Shown here in pieces: positions 7,993-14,523 of a stretch of 14,523 nucleotides of DNA (its first letter is position 1; each line of letters begins with the position of its first letter). The notes under the pieces were generated by a model, which was given only the letters and a program-made list of their open reading frames with translations, had not been told where the DNA came from and did no database searches. The stretch is from positions 1 through 14,523 of the forward strand of contig JBKQHN010000121.1 in NCBI GenBank assembly GCA_052148755.1, given 5' to 3'. Both the position numbers and the translations under genes were made by a program. The DNA comes from Beijerinckiaceae bacterium. GTDB taxonomy: Bacteria > Pseudomonadota > Alphaproteobacteria > Rhizobiales > Beijerinckiaceae.

Positions 7993-10900
7993 GTGTCAAT
8001 TTTCGCAGCACTCCATCATGTCACGCATTATACCTATGACCGTCCCGTTATGCTCGGCCCGCAGGTGATCCGCTTGCGGCCTGCGCCGCATTGCCGATCG
8101 CGCATCGACGGCTATTCACTGCAAGTGACGCCGAAAGATCACTTCGTGAACTGGCAGCAAGATCCGCACGGCAATTGGCTCGCCCGTTTCGTATTTCACG
8201 AGCCGACACGCGAATTCAAGGTCGAAGTCGATCTCATCGCGGATATGACCGTCATCAATCCTTTCGATTTTTTTGTCGAAAGCTCGGCGGAGGCTTTTCC
8301 CTTCGCCTATTCGGAGGATGCGCGGATCGAGCTTGCCGCCTATCTCGATCCCGAGCCAGCCGGCCCTGCTTTGTCGGCTTTCCTGGCGAAACTCCCGAAG
8401 AAAGCCGAGCGCACAGTGGATTTCCTCGTCGATCTCAACGCGCGCTTGCAAAATCAGGTCCGCTATCTCATCCGCATGGAGCCTGGGGTCCAGACGCCCG
8501 AAGAGACGCTCATCCTCGCCTCCGGGTCGTGCCGCGATTCGGCCTGGTTGCTCGTCCAGATCCTCCGCAATATCGGCCTTGCGGCGCGGTTCGTCTCTGG
8601 CTACCTCATCCAACTCAAAGCCGATGTCGATCCGCTGGAGGGTCCAAAGGGCACGGACCACGATTTTACGGATCTGCACGCGTGGGCTGAAGTTTTTCTA
8701 CCGGGGGCAGGCTGGATCGGGCTTGATGCGACCTCCGGCCTGTTCTGCGGCGAAGGCCATCTGCCGCTCTGCGCTGCGCCACATTACCGCTCTGCAGCAC
8801 CGATCAGCGGCGCCGTCGAACCCGCCGAGGTCGAGTTTTCCTTCTCCATGAATGTCACCCGCATCCGGGAGGCGCCGCGGGTCACGCGGCCCTTCTCGGA
8901 TGAGGCCTGGACGAAGCTCGATCGACTCGGCGAGGCCGTCGACTGCGACCTCGCTGCCGCCGACGTCCGCCTGACCATGGGCGGCGAGCCGACCTTCATA
9001 TCGATCGACGATTTCGATGCGGCGGAGTGGAATACGGCTGCTGTTGGCCCGACGAAACGCTGGCGTGCGGACGACCTCATCCGGCGCCTGCGCGAACGTT
9101 TTGCTCCGGGCGGATTTCTGCACTACGGCCAGGGCAAGTGGTATCCTGGCGAAAGCCTGCCGCGTTGGGCGTTTTCTCTCTATTGGCGGCGCGACGGGCA
9201 GCCGATTTGGCAAGATCCCGACCTGATCGCGGTCGAATCCCCGCAGGCGCAGACGCAGATCCACGAAGCACAGAAATTCATCGACGATTTCGCCGATCGC
9301 CTCGGCATAGGTTCAGACTATGTGCTGCCCGCCTACGAAGACCCCGCCTACTGGATCGTCAAGGAAGGCGAATTGCCGGTCAACGTCGATCCTCTCGACT
9401 CGAAGATCGACGAGCCCGAAGCGCGCGCCCGCATGTTGCGGACCTTCGAACGCGGCCTGTCGCAGCCGACCGGCTTCGCGTTGCCGGTGCAGCGCTGGAA
9501 TGCACTCGACCGGCCGCGCTGGATCAGCGAAAAATGGGCGCTTCGGCGCGGCCGGCTATTTCTCGTACCGGGCGATTCGCCGGCCGGCTTTCGCTTGCCG
9601 TTGAATTCATTGCCTTGGCTGCCGGCAGCCTCCTATCCCACAATCTACCCGCCCGATCCGGTCGCCCCGCGCGGACCCTTGCCGGATCGCGACCAGCTGG
9701 CCCAGCTCTACAGCTTCAGCCCCACGACCGGGCGGCAAAACATTTTCGAACAGAATGCCTTTCCAGGCAGCGTGCGCACCGCCCTCGCCGTCGAACCGCG
9801 CAACGGCGTCTTGCACGTTTTCATGCCGCCGACCAGCACGCTCGAGGATTATATTGAACTTCTCGCCGCGGCGGAGGCGAGCGCCCGCGCGACCGGGCTG
9901 CCAATCCATATCGAAGGCTATCCGCCTCCCGTAGATCCGCGCCTCGATCTGATCAAAGTGACGCCCGATCCAGGCGTCATCGAAGTTAACGTGCATCCCG
10001 CGCATTCCTGGCGTGACGCGGTCAAGACGACAACCGCGGTTTATGAGGCGGCGCGGGAGGCGCGGCTCGGCACCGACAAATTCATGCTCGACGGGCGCCA
10101 CACCGGCACGGGCGGCGGCAATCATATCGCGCTCGGCGGACCGACGCCGAGCGACTCGCCTTTCTTGCGTCGTCCGGACCTCCTGAAGAGCCTCGTGCTT
10201 TATTGGCAGCGCCACCCCGCGCTGTCTTATCTCTTCTCGGGTCTATTCATCGGCCCGACGAGCCAGGCGCCGCGAATCGACGAAGCGCGCCATGATGGGC
10301 TCTACGAACTCGAAATCGCCTTGGCGCAAATTCCGCAACCGGGGCAGAATTGGATTCCCCTCTGGCTCATCGACCGGCTTTTGCGAAATCTGCTCGTCGA
10401 CGTCACCGGCAATACGCATCGCTCCGAAATCTGCATCGACAAGCTGTTTTCGCCCGATGGGCCGACCGGGCGCCTCGGCCTCGTCGAATTCCGCTCTTTC
10501 GAGATGCCCCCCGATGCGCGCATGTCGCTCGCCCAGCAATTGCTGCTGCGTGCACTCGTCGCATGGATGTGGAAAGAGCCCCAGAACGGCAATTTCGTTC
10601 GCTGGGGCACGGCGCTGCATGATCGCTTCATGTTGCCTTATTTCGTCTGGGCAGATTTTTTGTCGGTGCTCGGTGATCTCGCCGACGCTGGCTATCGTTT
10701 CGACCCCGATTGGTTTGTGGCACAATGCGAGTTCCGCTTCCCCCTCTATGGCACTGCCACGCGCGGCGGCGTCACGCTCGAATTGCGGCAGGCGCTCGAG
10801 CCTTGGCATGTGCTCGGTGAGGAAGGCGTCGTCGGCGGCACGGCGCGCTACGTCGATTCCTCGGTCGAACGTCTGCAGATCAAGGCCAATGGCTTCATCG

Positions 10901-11286
10901 CCGGGCGCCACATCATAGCCTGCAATGGCCGCAAAGTGCCGATGACGCCGACGGGTGTCGGGGGCGAAGTGGTTGCCGGCGTGCGCTTCAAGGCCTGGCA
11001 TCCGCCCTTGGGCCTGCATCCGGTGATCCCGACACATGCGCCGCTGACCTTTGAACTGCTCGATTGCTGGAATAATCGCTCGCTCGGCGGCTGCATGTAC
11101 CATGTCGCGCATCCCGGCGGCCGCAGCTACGAAACCTTCCCGGTGAATTCCTATGAAGCACAGGCGCGCCGGCTGACGCGCTTCCAGGATTTCGGCCATA
11201 CACCCGGCAAGATCGACCTGCCGCGGACAGAGGCGACAGGCGAATTCCCCTTGACGCTCGATCTACGCCGGCCGACGGGTGTGTGA
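7993..11286 (+). CDS. large transglutaminase-family protein: N-terminal Bact_transglu_N + transglutaminase-like cysteine protease core + ~800-aa conserved C-terminal region (DUF2126-like)
   Basis: GTG at 7993 is the first start after an in-frame stop at 7936-7938; AGGGA lies 9-13 nt upstream. N-terminus [19 protein letters not shown]...IRLRP matches the Bact_transglu_N pattern. Catalytic Cys sits in [10 protein letters not shown] (nt 8530-8532), with His/Asp in [22 protein letters not shown] long C-terminal region (…[14 protein letters not shown]…) is conserved in ~1100-aa proteins of this type. Confidence 0.88.
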   Translation: MSIFAALHHVTHYTYDRPVMLGPQVIRLRPAPHCRSRIDGYSLQVTPKDHFVNWQQDPHGNWLARFVFHEPTREFKVEVDLIADMTVINPFDFFVESSAEAFPFAYSEDARIELAAYLDPEPAGPALSAFLAKLPKKAERTVDFLVDLNARLQNQVRYLIRMEPGVQTPEETLILASGSCRDSAWLLVQILRNIGLAARFVSGYLIQLKADVDPLEGPKGTDHDFTDLHAWAEVFLPGAGWIGLDATSGLFCGEGHLPLCAAPHYRSAAPISGAVEPAEVEFSFSMNVTRIREAPRVTRPFSDEAWTKLDRLGEAVDCDLAAADVRLTMGGEPTFISIDDFDAAEWNTAAVGPTKRWRADDLIRRLRERFAPGGFLHYGQGKWYPGESLPRWAFSLYWRRDGQPIWQDPDLIAVESPQAQTQIHEAQKFIDDFADRLGIGSDYVLPAYEDPAYWIVKEGELPVNVDPLDSKIDEPEARARMLRTFERGLSQPTGFALPVQRWNALDRPRWISEKWALRRGRLFLVPGDSPAGFRLPLNSLPWLPAASYPTIYPPDPVAPRGPLPDRDQLAQLYSFSPTTGRQNIFEQNAFPGSVRTALAVEPRNGVLHVFMPPTSTLEDYIELLAAAEASARATGLPIHIEGYPPPVDPRLDLIKVTPDPGVIEVNVHPAHSWRDAVKTTTAVYEAAREARLGTDKFMLDGRHTGTGGGNHIALGGPTPSDSPFLRRPDLLKSLVLYWQRHPALSYLFSGLFIGPTSQAPRIDEARHDGLYELEIALAQIPQPGQNWIPLWLIDRLLRNLLVDVTGNTHRSEICIDKLFSPDGPTGRLGLVEFRSFEMPPDARMSLAQQLLLRALVAWMWKEPQNGNFVRWGTALHDRFMLPYFVWADFLSVLGDLADAGYRFDPDWFVAQCEFRFPLYGTATRGGVTLELRQALEPWHVLGEEGVVGGTARYVDSSVERLQIKANGFIAGRHIIACNGRKVPMTPTGVGGEVVAGVRFKAWHPPLGLHPVIPTHAPLTFELLDCWNNRSLGGCMYHVAHPGGRSYETFPVNSYEAQARRLTRFQDFGHTPGKIDLPRTEATGEFPLTLDLRRPTGV

Positions 11287-11417
11287 GGCGCGCGGCGAAT
11301 TCCTGCGGCTTTTCGCCTCGCGATGAGAGTCCGGCGTCTGGAATAGCTAGGAACCGCGCAGCTGGCAGACATTTTTCTGATAAGCTTCGGTCAACCCAGT
11401 TATGTTGGGTTGTGAGC

Positions 11418-12146
11418 ATGACCGACTTACGAAATGCACCGACTTCGCCACATATTCTTATCGTCGAAGACGATGAAGACATCAGCGCGCTCATTGCCCG
11501 GTATTTGGCAAGCCACGAGATTCGCGCCTCCATCGCAGCACACGGCCAAGAGATGGAGTGCAAGCTTGCGCAAAATCGCATTGATTTGATCATTCTCGAT
11601 CTCAATCTGCCGAAAGAAGACGGATTGTCGCTGTGTCTGCGCCTGCGCAAGACGAGGTCGGTGCCGATCATCATGTTGACCGCCAGGGGCGAGGAGGTCG
11701 ACCGGATCGTCGGGCTCGAAATGGGCGCCGACGATTATCTCGTGAAGCCCTTCAACCCGCGCGAGCTTCTCGCGCGGATCCGTGCCGTCCTGCGGCGGCA
11801 GGGCGGCCCGCGCGAGGAACGCCTCGTGCGCATTTTCCGCTTCGCCGGCTGGCAGATCGATCGCGGCTTGCGGCAGGTCGTCAACCCGAACGGCGCCAAA
11901 GTGACCCTCACCGGAGCCGAATTCGACCTGATGGTTGCTTTCTGCGAAAATGCCGGCCGCGTGCTCTCGCGCGATCAATTACTGCAGATTGTCCACGGCG
12001 ATTCGGCGAGCACTCATGAGCGCAGCGTCGATATACTCGTCAGCCGCCTGCGTCAGAAGATCGAGGTCAATTCGCGTGAACCCGAGATGATCAAGACCGT
12101 GCGATCTGGCGGATATGTCCTTTCGCAGAGCATCGAAGCCGAATGA
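11418..12146 (+). CDS. OmpR/PhoB-family two-component response regulator (receiver + winged-helix DNA-binding domain)
   Basis: ATG at 11418. The ORF-track start at 11283 adds 45 aa of non-homologous, R-rich sequence. Receiver motifs ILIVEDDEDI, DLIILDLNLP (phospho-acceptor Asp61) and MLTARGEEVDRIVGLEMGADDYLVKPF. C-terminal Trans_reg_C: LTGAEFDLMVAF...RSVDILVSRLRQKIE...IKTVRSGGYVL. Confidence 0.9.
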   Translation: MTDLRNAPTSPHILIVEDDEDISALIARYLASHEIRASIAAHGQEMECKLAQNRIDLIILDLNLPKEDGLSLCLRLRKTRSVPIIMLTARGEEVDRIVGLEMGADDYLVKPFNPRELLARIRAVLRRQGGPREERLVRIFRFAGWQIDRGLRQVVNPNGAKVTLTGAEFDLMVAFCENAGRVLSRDQLLQIVHGDSASTHERSVDILVSRLRQKIEVNSREPEMIKTVRSGGYVLSQSIEAE

Positions 12147-13600
12147 AAGTTGCGAAGCGGTCTTTTCTCCCTCACGGAATAGCTTCGCAGATTATCATCT
12201 TGCTGATCTTGTCGGCAATCATCTTTCACCTCTGTATGACGGCGGCGGCTTTTCTGGGTAGACCTGGACATGAACTCGGGCCGCCACCCGGCCCGGTCGA
12301 GCAATTGGTCAGACTCGTGAAATTGGTCGATGCCGCGCCGATCAATGCGCGCTCGGAGGTCATCGCCTGGATACGGGACAACTATCCTTGGCTCGATTTG
12401 AGAGAAGGAAGTGCTGCAGCAGCGCCAGCCGATAGTCTGCAAGACGCGGCCTCTTTGTCAAACGGCCAGGACAGGCTGCCTGCCGACGATTGGCAGACTC
12501 GTTCCACGCGTGACGTCGTTCAGCAGAGCAATGGCGCGGCTCTACGCGTGTTTCGCCCGGGGACCGGAGCCGACCTCGACCGCGTCGGCTTCCGTCTTGG
12601 TGACGGCAGTTCATTTTCGGCTTTTTGTCCGCATTGCACGTTAGCGAGGCTGGACGAAGCGCTGGCGGCAGCGTGGTCTGCATCGGCCAACAGAGGCGGG
12701 CCGGGAGCCGGTCGGCCGCCTCCAGGTCCACCCACCGAGCCCATGGTCATCGCATCGCTTTTTGCAATCGCGATCAGCTTCACACTGTTTCTTCTTTGGG
12801 TGGCGCGCAGCGTGACCATGCCGCTGCGCAGATTCGCAGCGGCCGTCGATGCTTTTTCCATCGAGGGCAATATGACCCCTCTTTCAGAATCCGGTCCGGT
12901 CGAACTTCGCACGGCGGCACATGCCCTCAATCGCATGCGGGACCGAATCAAGGGGATGATCGAACAAAGGACGCGAATGCTGGCTGCGATCGGTCACGAC
13001 CTGCGCACGCCGATCACGAGGATGCGCTTGCGCGCCGAATTCATCGAGCCGCGGGAGGTCCGCGATGCCATCTTGCGCGACCTAGAACAGATGAACGCCA
13101 TGGCGCACAGCGCCCTGTCCTTCATTCGCGACGGGGTCGACGTTCAGAGATCCTCGCTCCTCGACTTGGGCACGCTCCTGCAAACGGTTCGCGATGAGTT
13201 CGCCGATATGGGGTTCGAGGTCAGTTTCGAGAAGCCGGACCCGGTCTCGATCGAAGGCAATCCCGAAGAATTGCACCGTGCTCTCACCAATCTCGTTGAT
13301 AATGGTGTGACCTATGGAAAGAACGTGACAATTGGTCTTCGACGTCTCGAAGCAGATCGAATCGAGATCGAGGTCGCTGATGATGGGCCGGGAATTCCCG
13401 ATGCGAAAAAGAGCGACATGCTCGCACCCTTCGTGCGTGGCGGCGACGCACGGAAATCAAATCGTGGCCAAGGATACGGCCTCGGCCTGCCGATCGTCCA
13501 AGCAATCGTTGCTGCTCATAAGGGCTCGTTCGATCTCGTGAATAGGCAGCCCAACGGGCTCATCGCGCGAATCATTCTGCCTCTGCGGCAACCGCGATAA
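12143..13600 (+). CDS. sensor histidine kinase (2 TM, ~170-aa periplasmic domain, HAMP, HisKA, HATPase_c), EnvZ-like architecture
   Basis: ATG at 12143 overlaps the regulator stop (ATGA). TM1 IIILLILSAIIFHLCMTAAAFL and TM2 MVIASLFAIAISFTLFLLWVA. H-box AIGHDLRTPIT (His codon 12995-12997), N-box LTNLVDNGVTYG, G-boxes DDGPGIP and GYGLGLPIV. Confidence 0.9.
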   Translation: MKVAKRSFLPHGIASQIIILLILSAIIFHLCMTAAAFLGRPGHELGPPPGPVEQLVRLVKLVDAAPINARSEVIAWIRDNYPWLDLREGSAAAAPADSLQDAASLSNGQDRLPADDWQTRSTRDVVQQSNGAALRVFRPGTGADLDRVGFRLGDGSSFSAFCPHCTLARLDEALAAAWSASANRGGPGAGRPPPGPPTEPMVIASLFAIAISFTLFLLWVARSVTMPLRRFAAAVDAFSIEGNMTPLSESGPVELRTAAHALNRMRDRIKGMIEQRTRMLAAIGHDLRTPITRMRLRAEFIEPREVRDAILRDLEQMNAMAHSALSFIRDGVDVQRSSLLDLGTLLQTVRDEFADMGFEVSFEKPDPVSIEGNPEELHRALTNLVDNGVTYGKNVTIGLRRLEADRIEIEVADDGPGIPDAKKSDMLAPFVRGGDARKSNRGQGYGLGLPIVQAIVAAHKGSFDLVNRQPNGLIARIILPLRQPR

Positions 13601-13605
13601 GTGGC

Positions 13606-13622
13606 GCTGCGCGGAACGCAGC
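13606..13622 (+). terminator. weak hairpin just after histidine-kinase stop (gctgcg-cggaa-cgcagc), no T-run
   Basis: 6-bp perfect stem with a 5-nt loop, 6 nt after the TAA at 13598-13600. No U-tract follows, so it is at most a weak terminator or processing site. Confidence 0.2.
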
Positions 13623-13654
13623 TGATTCGCGGCATCCTTCCGCCAAAGAGGGCC

Positions 13655-13850
13655 ATTTTGTTTCGAAACGTATCTGAATATTTTATAATAAGTCATTTCA
13701 AGTATAAATGTAATAATATGCGTTGTTTTAAAACCTAATGGTTTGCTCGCAACAAGCTTATGCCTGATTTACAAGTGTAGCGAGCACTTATTGGAATTGT
13801 TAAGCTCCAAGCAAGCCTTACATTGTTTACGTGCTTCTGATCATAAACAT
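13655..13850. promoter_or_regulatory. AT-rich island (local GC far below flanks) upstream of the repeat-protein ORF; candidate promoter / nucleoid-protein binding region
   Basis: The sequence gtttcgaaacgtatctgaatattttataataagtcatttcaagtataaatgtaataatatgcgttgttttaaaacctaatg is ~80% A+T in a window whose genes are ~65-70% GC. TATAAT lies at 13684-13689 and further TAATAAT-like -10 candidates follow. Confidence 0.4.
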
Positions 13851-13864
13851 GGATCGGGGGCAGC

Positions 13865-14523
13865 ATGTCCATTTCCAGCCTGAGCATGAACAGCTTCAAT
13901 CTCTTGAGCTTGTTCCAGCAGTACAAACAAAATCTCGCGGATATCGCAAACTCAACCACGTCCGCAGACGCCACAGCCACGCAAAATGTCGGAACATCGC
14001 TGGCCGCCTCGAGCACGAATCAAAGCCTGAGCGATCTCGGCATTTCCTCTTCCAGCCTGGTCCAAATCAGTGTCGATTTGTCCGCGCTCGGCACGGACCT
14101 TCAGTCGAACGACAGCACTGCCGCGCAGCAGACGTCGTCGACGACATCCGATGCCGCCTCCACTTTCATGAGCGATCTCGAAAATCTGCTTCAGGCAGTG
14201 CAGTCGGGCAACACGACGACGGCTGCCTCCGCAGCAACCGCGGTCACCCAGGATTTCCAATCGCTCTTTGGCTCGTCCGCGAGCACGGACCAGAGCAGCT
14301 CGTCTGCGACTACGACATCCTCCTCCGACGCGACGTCGGGAACCTCCAGCCTCAGTCAGTTTCTCTCCGACCTGAAGAGCTTGCTTTCCGCGGTCCAATC
14401 GGGTGATACGACCACCGCTCAAACGGCCGCCCAAAGCGTGCAGCAGGATCTTTCGAATTTGGCGAACGGATCGAATATGCCGCCACCTCCGCCGCCGACC
14501 TCCACGAGCAGCACAGACTCCAG
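13865..14523 (+). CDS. Ser/Thr/Gln/Ala-rich, acidic, arginine-free low-complexity protein with two ~40-aa repeats and a poly-Pro tract; 5' part only (runs off window end), absent from ORF track
   Basis: ATG at 13865 (frame 2) follows a GGGGG run 5 nt upstream. 219 complete codons contain no stop. Third codon positions are predominantly G/C, as in the other genes. Product: MSISSLSMNSFNLLSLFQQYKQNLADIANSTTSADATATQNV...STFMSDLENLLQAVQSGNTTTAASAATAVTQDFQSLFGSS...SQFLSDLKSLLSAVQSGDTTTAQTAAQSVQQDLSNLANGSNMPPPPPPTSTSS. By my count it has ~25% Ser, ~14% Thr, 0 Arg, 2 Lys and 1 Glu. Confidence 0.6.
   Translation, partial: MSISSLSMNSFNLLSLFQQYKQNLADIANSTTSADATATQNVGTSLAASSTNQSLSDLGISSSSLVQISVDLSALGTDLQSNDSTAAQQTSSTTSDAASTFMSDLENLLQAVQSGNTTTAASAATAVTQDFQSLFGSSASTDQSSSSATTTSSSDATSGTSSLSQFLSDLKSLLSAVQSGDTTTAQTAAQSVQQDLSNLANGSNMPPPPPPTSTSSTDS

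Noticed and set aside
11283-11417. 45-aa upstream extension of the response regulator (ORF-track start 11283)
   Set aside because: Receiver domains begin within ~10 residues of the N-terminus. The extension is R-rich nonsense, begins 3 nt before the upstream gene's stop and overlaps its 3' flank. ATG 11418 gives a canonical receiver start (MTDLRNAPTSPHILIVEDD).
8091-11674. Many long ORFs inside the transglutaminase-family gene on both strands and in other frames (8091-8690 +, 8116-8679 -, 8273-8851 +, 8698-9264 -, 9027-9857 +, 9607-10215 -, 10243-11199 -, 10292-10918 +, 10988-11674 -)
   Set aside because: They overlap a homology-supported 1097-aa gene and have R/A/G/P-rich translations typical of out-of-frame or antisense reading of GC-rich coding DNA. 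They show no recognisable domains.
13831-14434. ORF-track ORFs 13831-14406 (+, frame 1), 13952-14434 (-) and 13735-14016 (-)
   Set aside because: Their translations are R/G/H-rich or hydrophobic nonsense. The frame-2 ORF from ATG 13865 has coding-like third-position GC, an upstream G-rich RBS-like element and a protein-level internal repeat. It was absent from the track only because it has no stop inside the window.
1-14523. CRISPR arrays, insertion sequences, integrases, rRNA/tRNA genes
   Set aside because: No regularly spaced direct repeats, no transposase/integrase-like ORF, no inverted terminal repeats and no rRNA or tRNA (cloverleaf-forming) sequence were found on manual inspection of either strand.

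Overview
This is a high-GC window that looks like alphaproteobacterial (Rhizobiales-type) chromosomal DNA. It is mostly core metabolism with a few accessory-looking genes, and I see no rRNA, tRNA, CRISPR array, transposase or integrase. The gene order is: (1) the 5' part of aconitase acnA on the minus strand, running off the left edge; (2) a divergently transcribed cytochrome-c maturation cluster ccmA-ccmB-[oppositely oriented secreted-protein gene]-ccmC-ccmD-ccmG, where ccmD is a 53-codon ORF missing from the supplied ORF track; (3) a minus-strand block with two 4-bp-overlapping TadE-like pseudopilin genes and, upstream of them, a non-membrane SPFH/band-7 gene with a duplicated N-terminal half-domain; (4) a 555-bp intergenic region; (5) a 1097-aa transglutaminase-family protein (Bact_transglu_N plus Cys-His-Asp core plus ~800-aa conserved C-terminal region) without its usual partner genes; (6) an OmpR-type response regulator and HAMP/HisKA sensor kinase pair with an ATGA overlap; (7) a sharply AT-rich ~200-bp island followed by a frame-2 ORF that runs off the right edge. 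That last ORF encodes an arginine-free, acidic, Ser/Thr/Gln-rich protein with two ~40-aa repeats and a poly-proline tract, and the tool's ORF list does not contain it. Most other listed ORFs are out-of-frame or antisense shadows of GC-rich genes. I did not find a clearly novel multi-gene system. The candidates most worth follow-up are the AT-island plus repeat protein, the SPFH plus TadE-like block, the orphan large transglutaminase protein, and the interrupted ccm operon.
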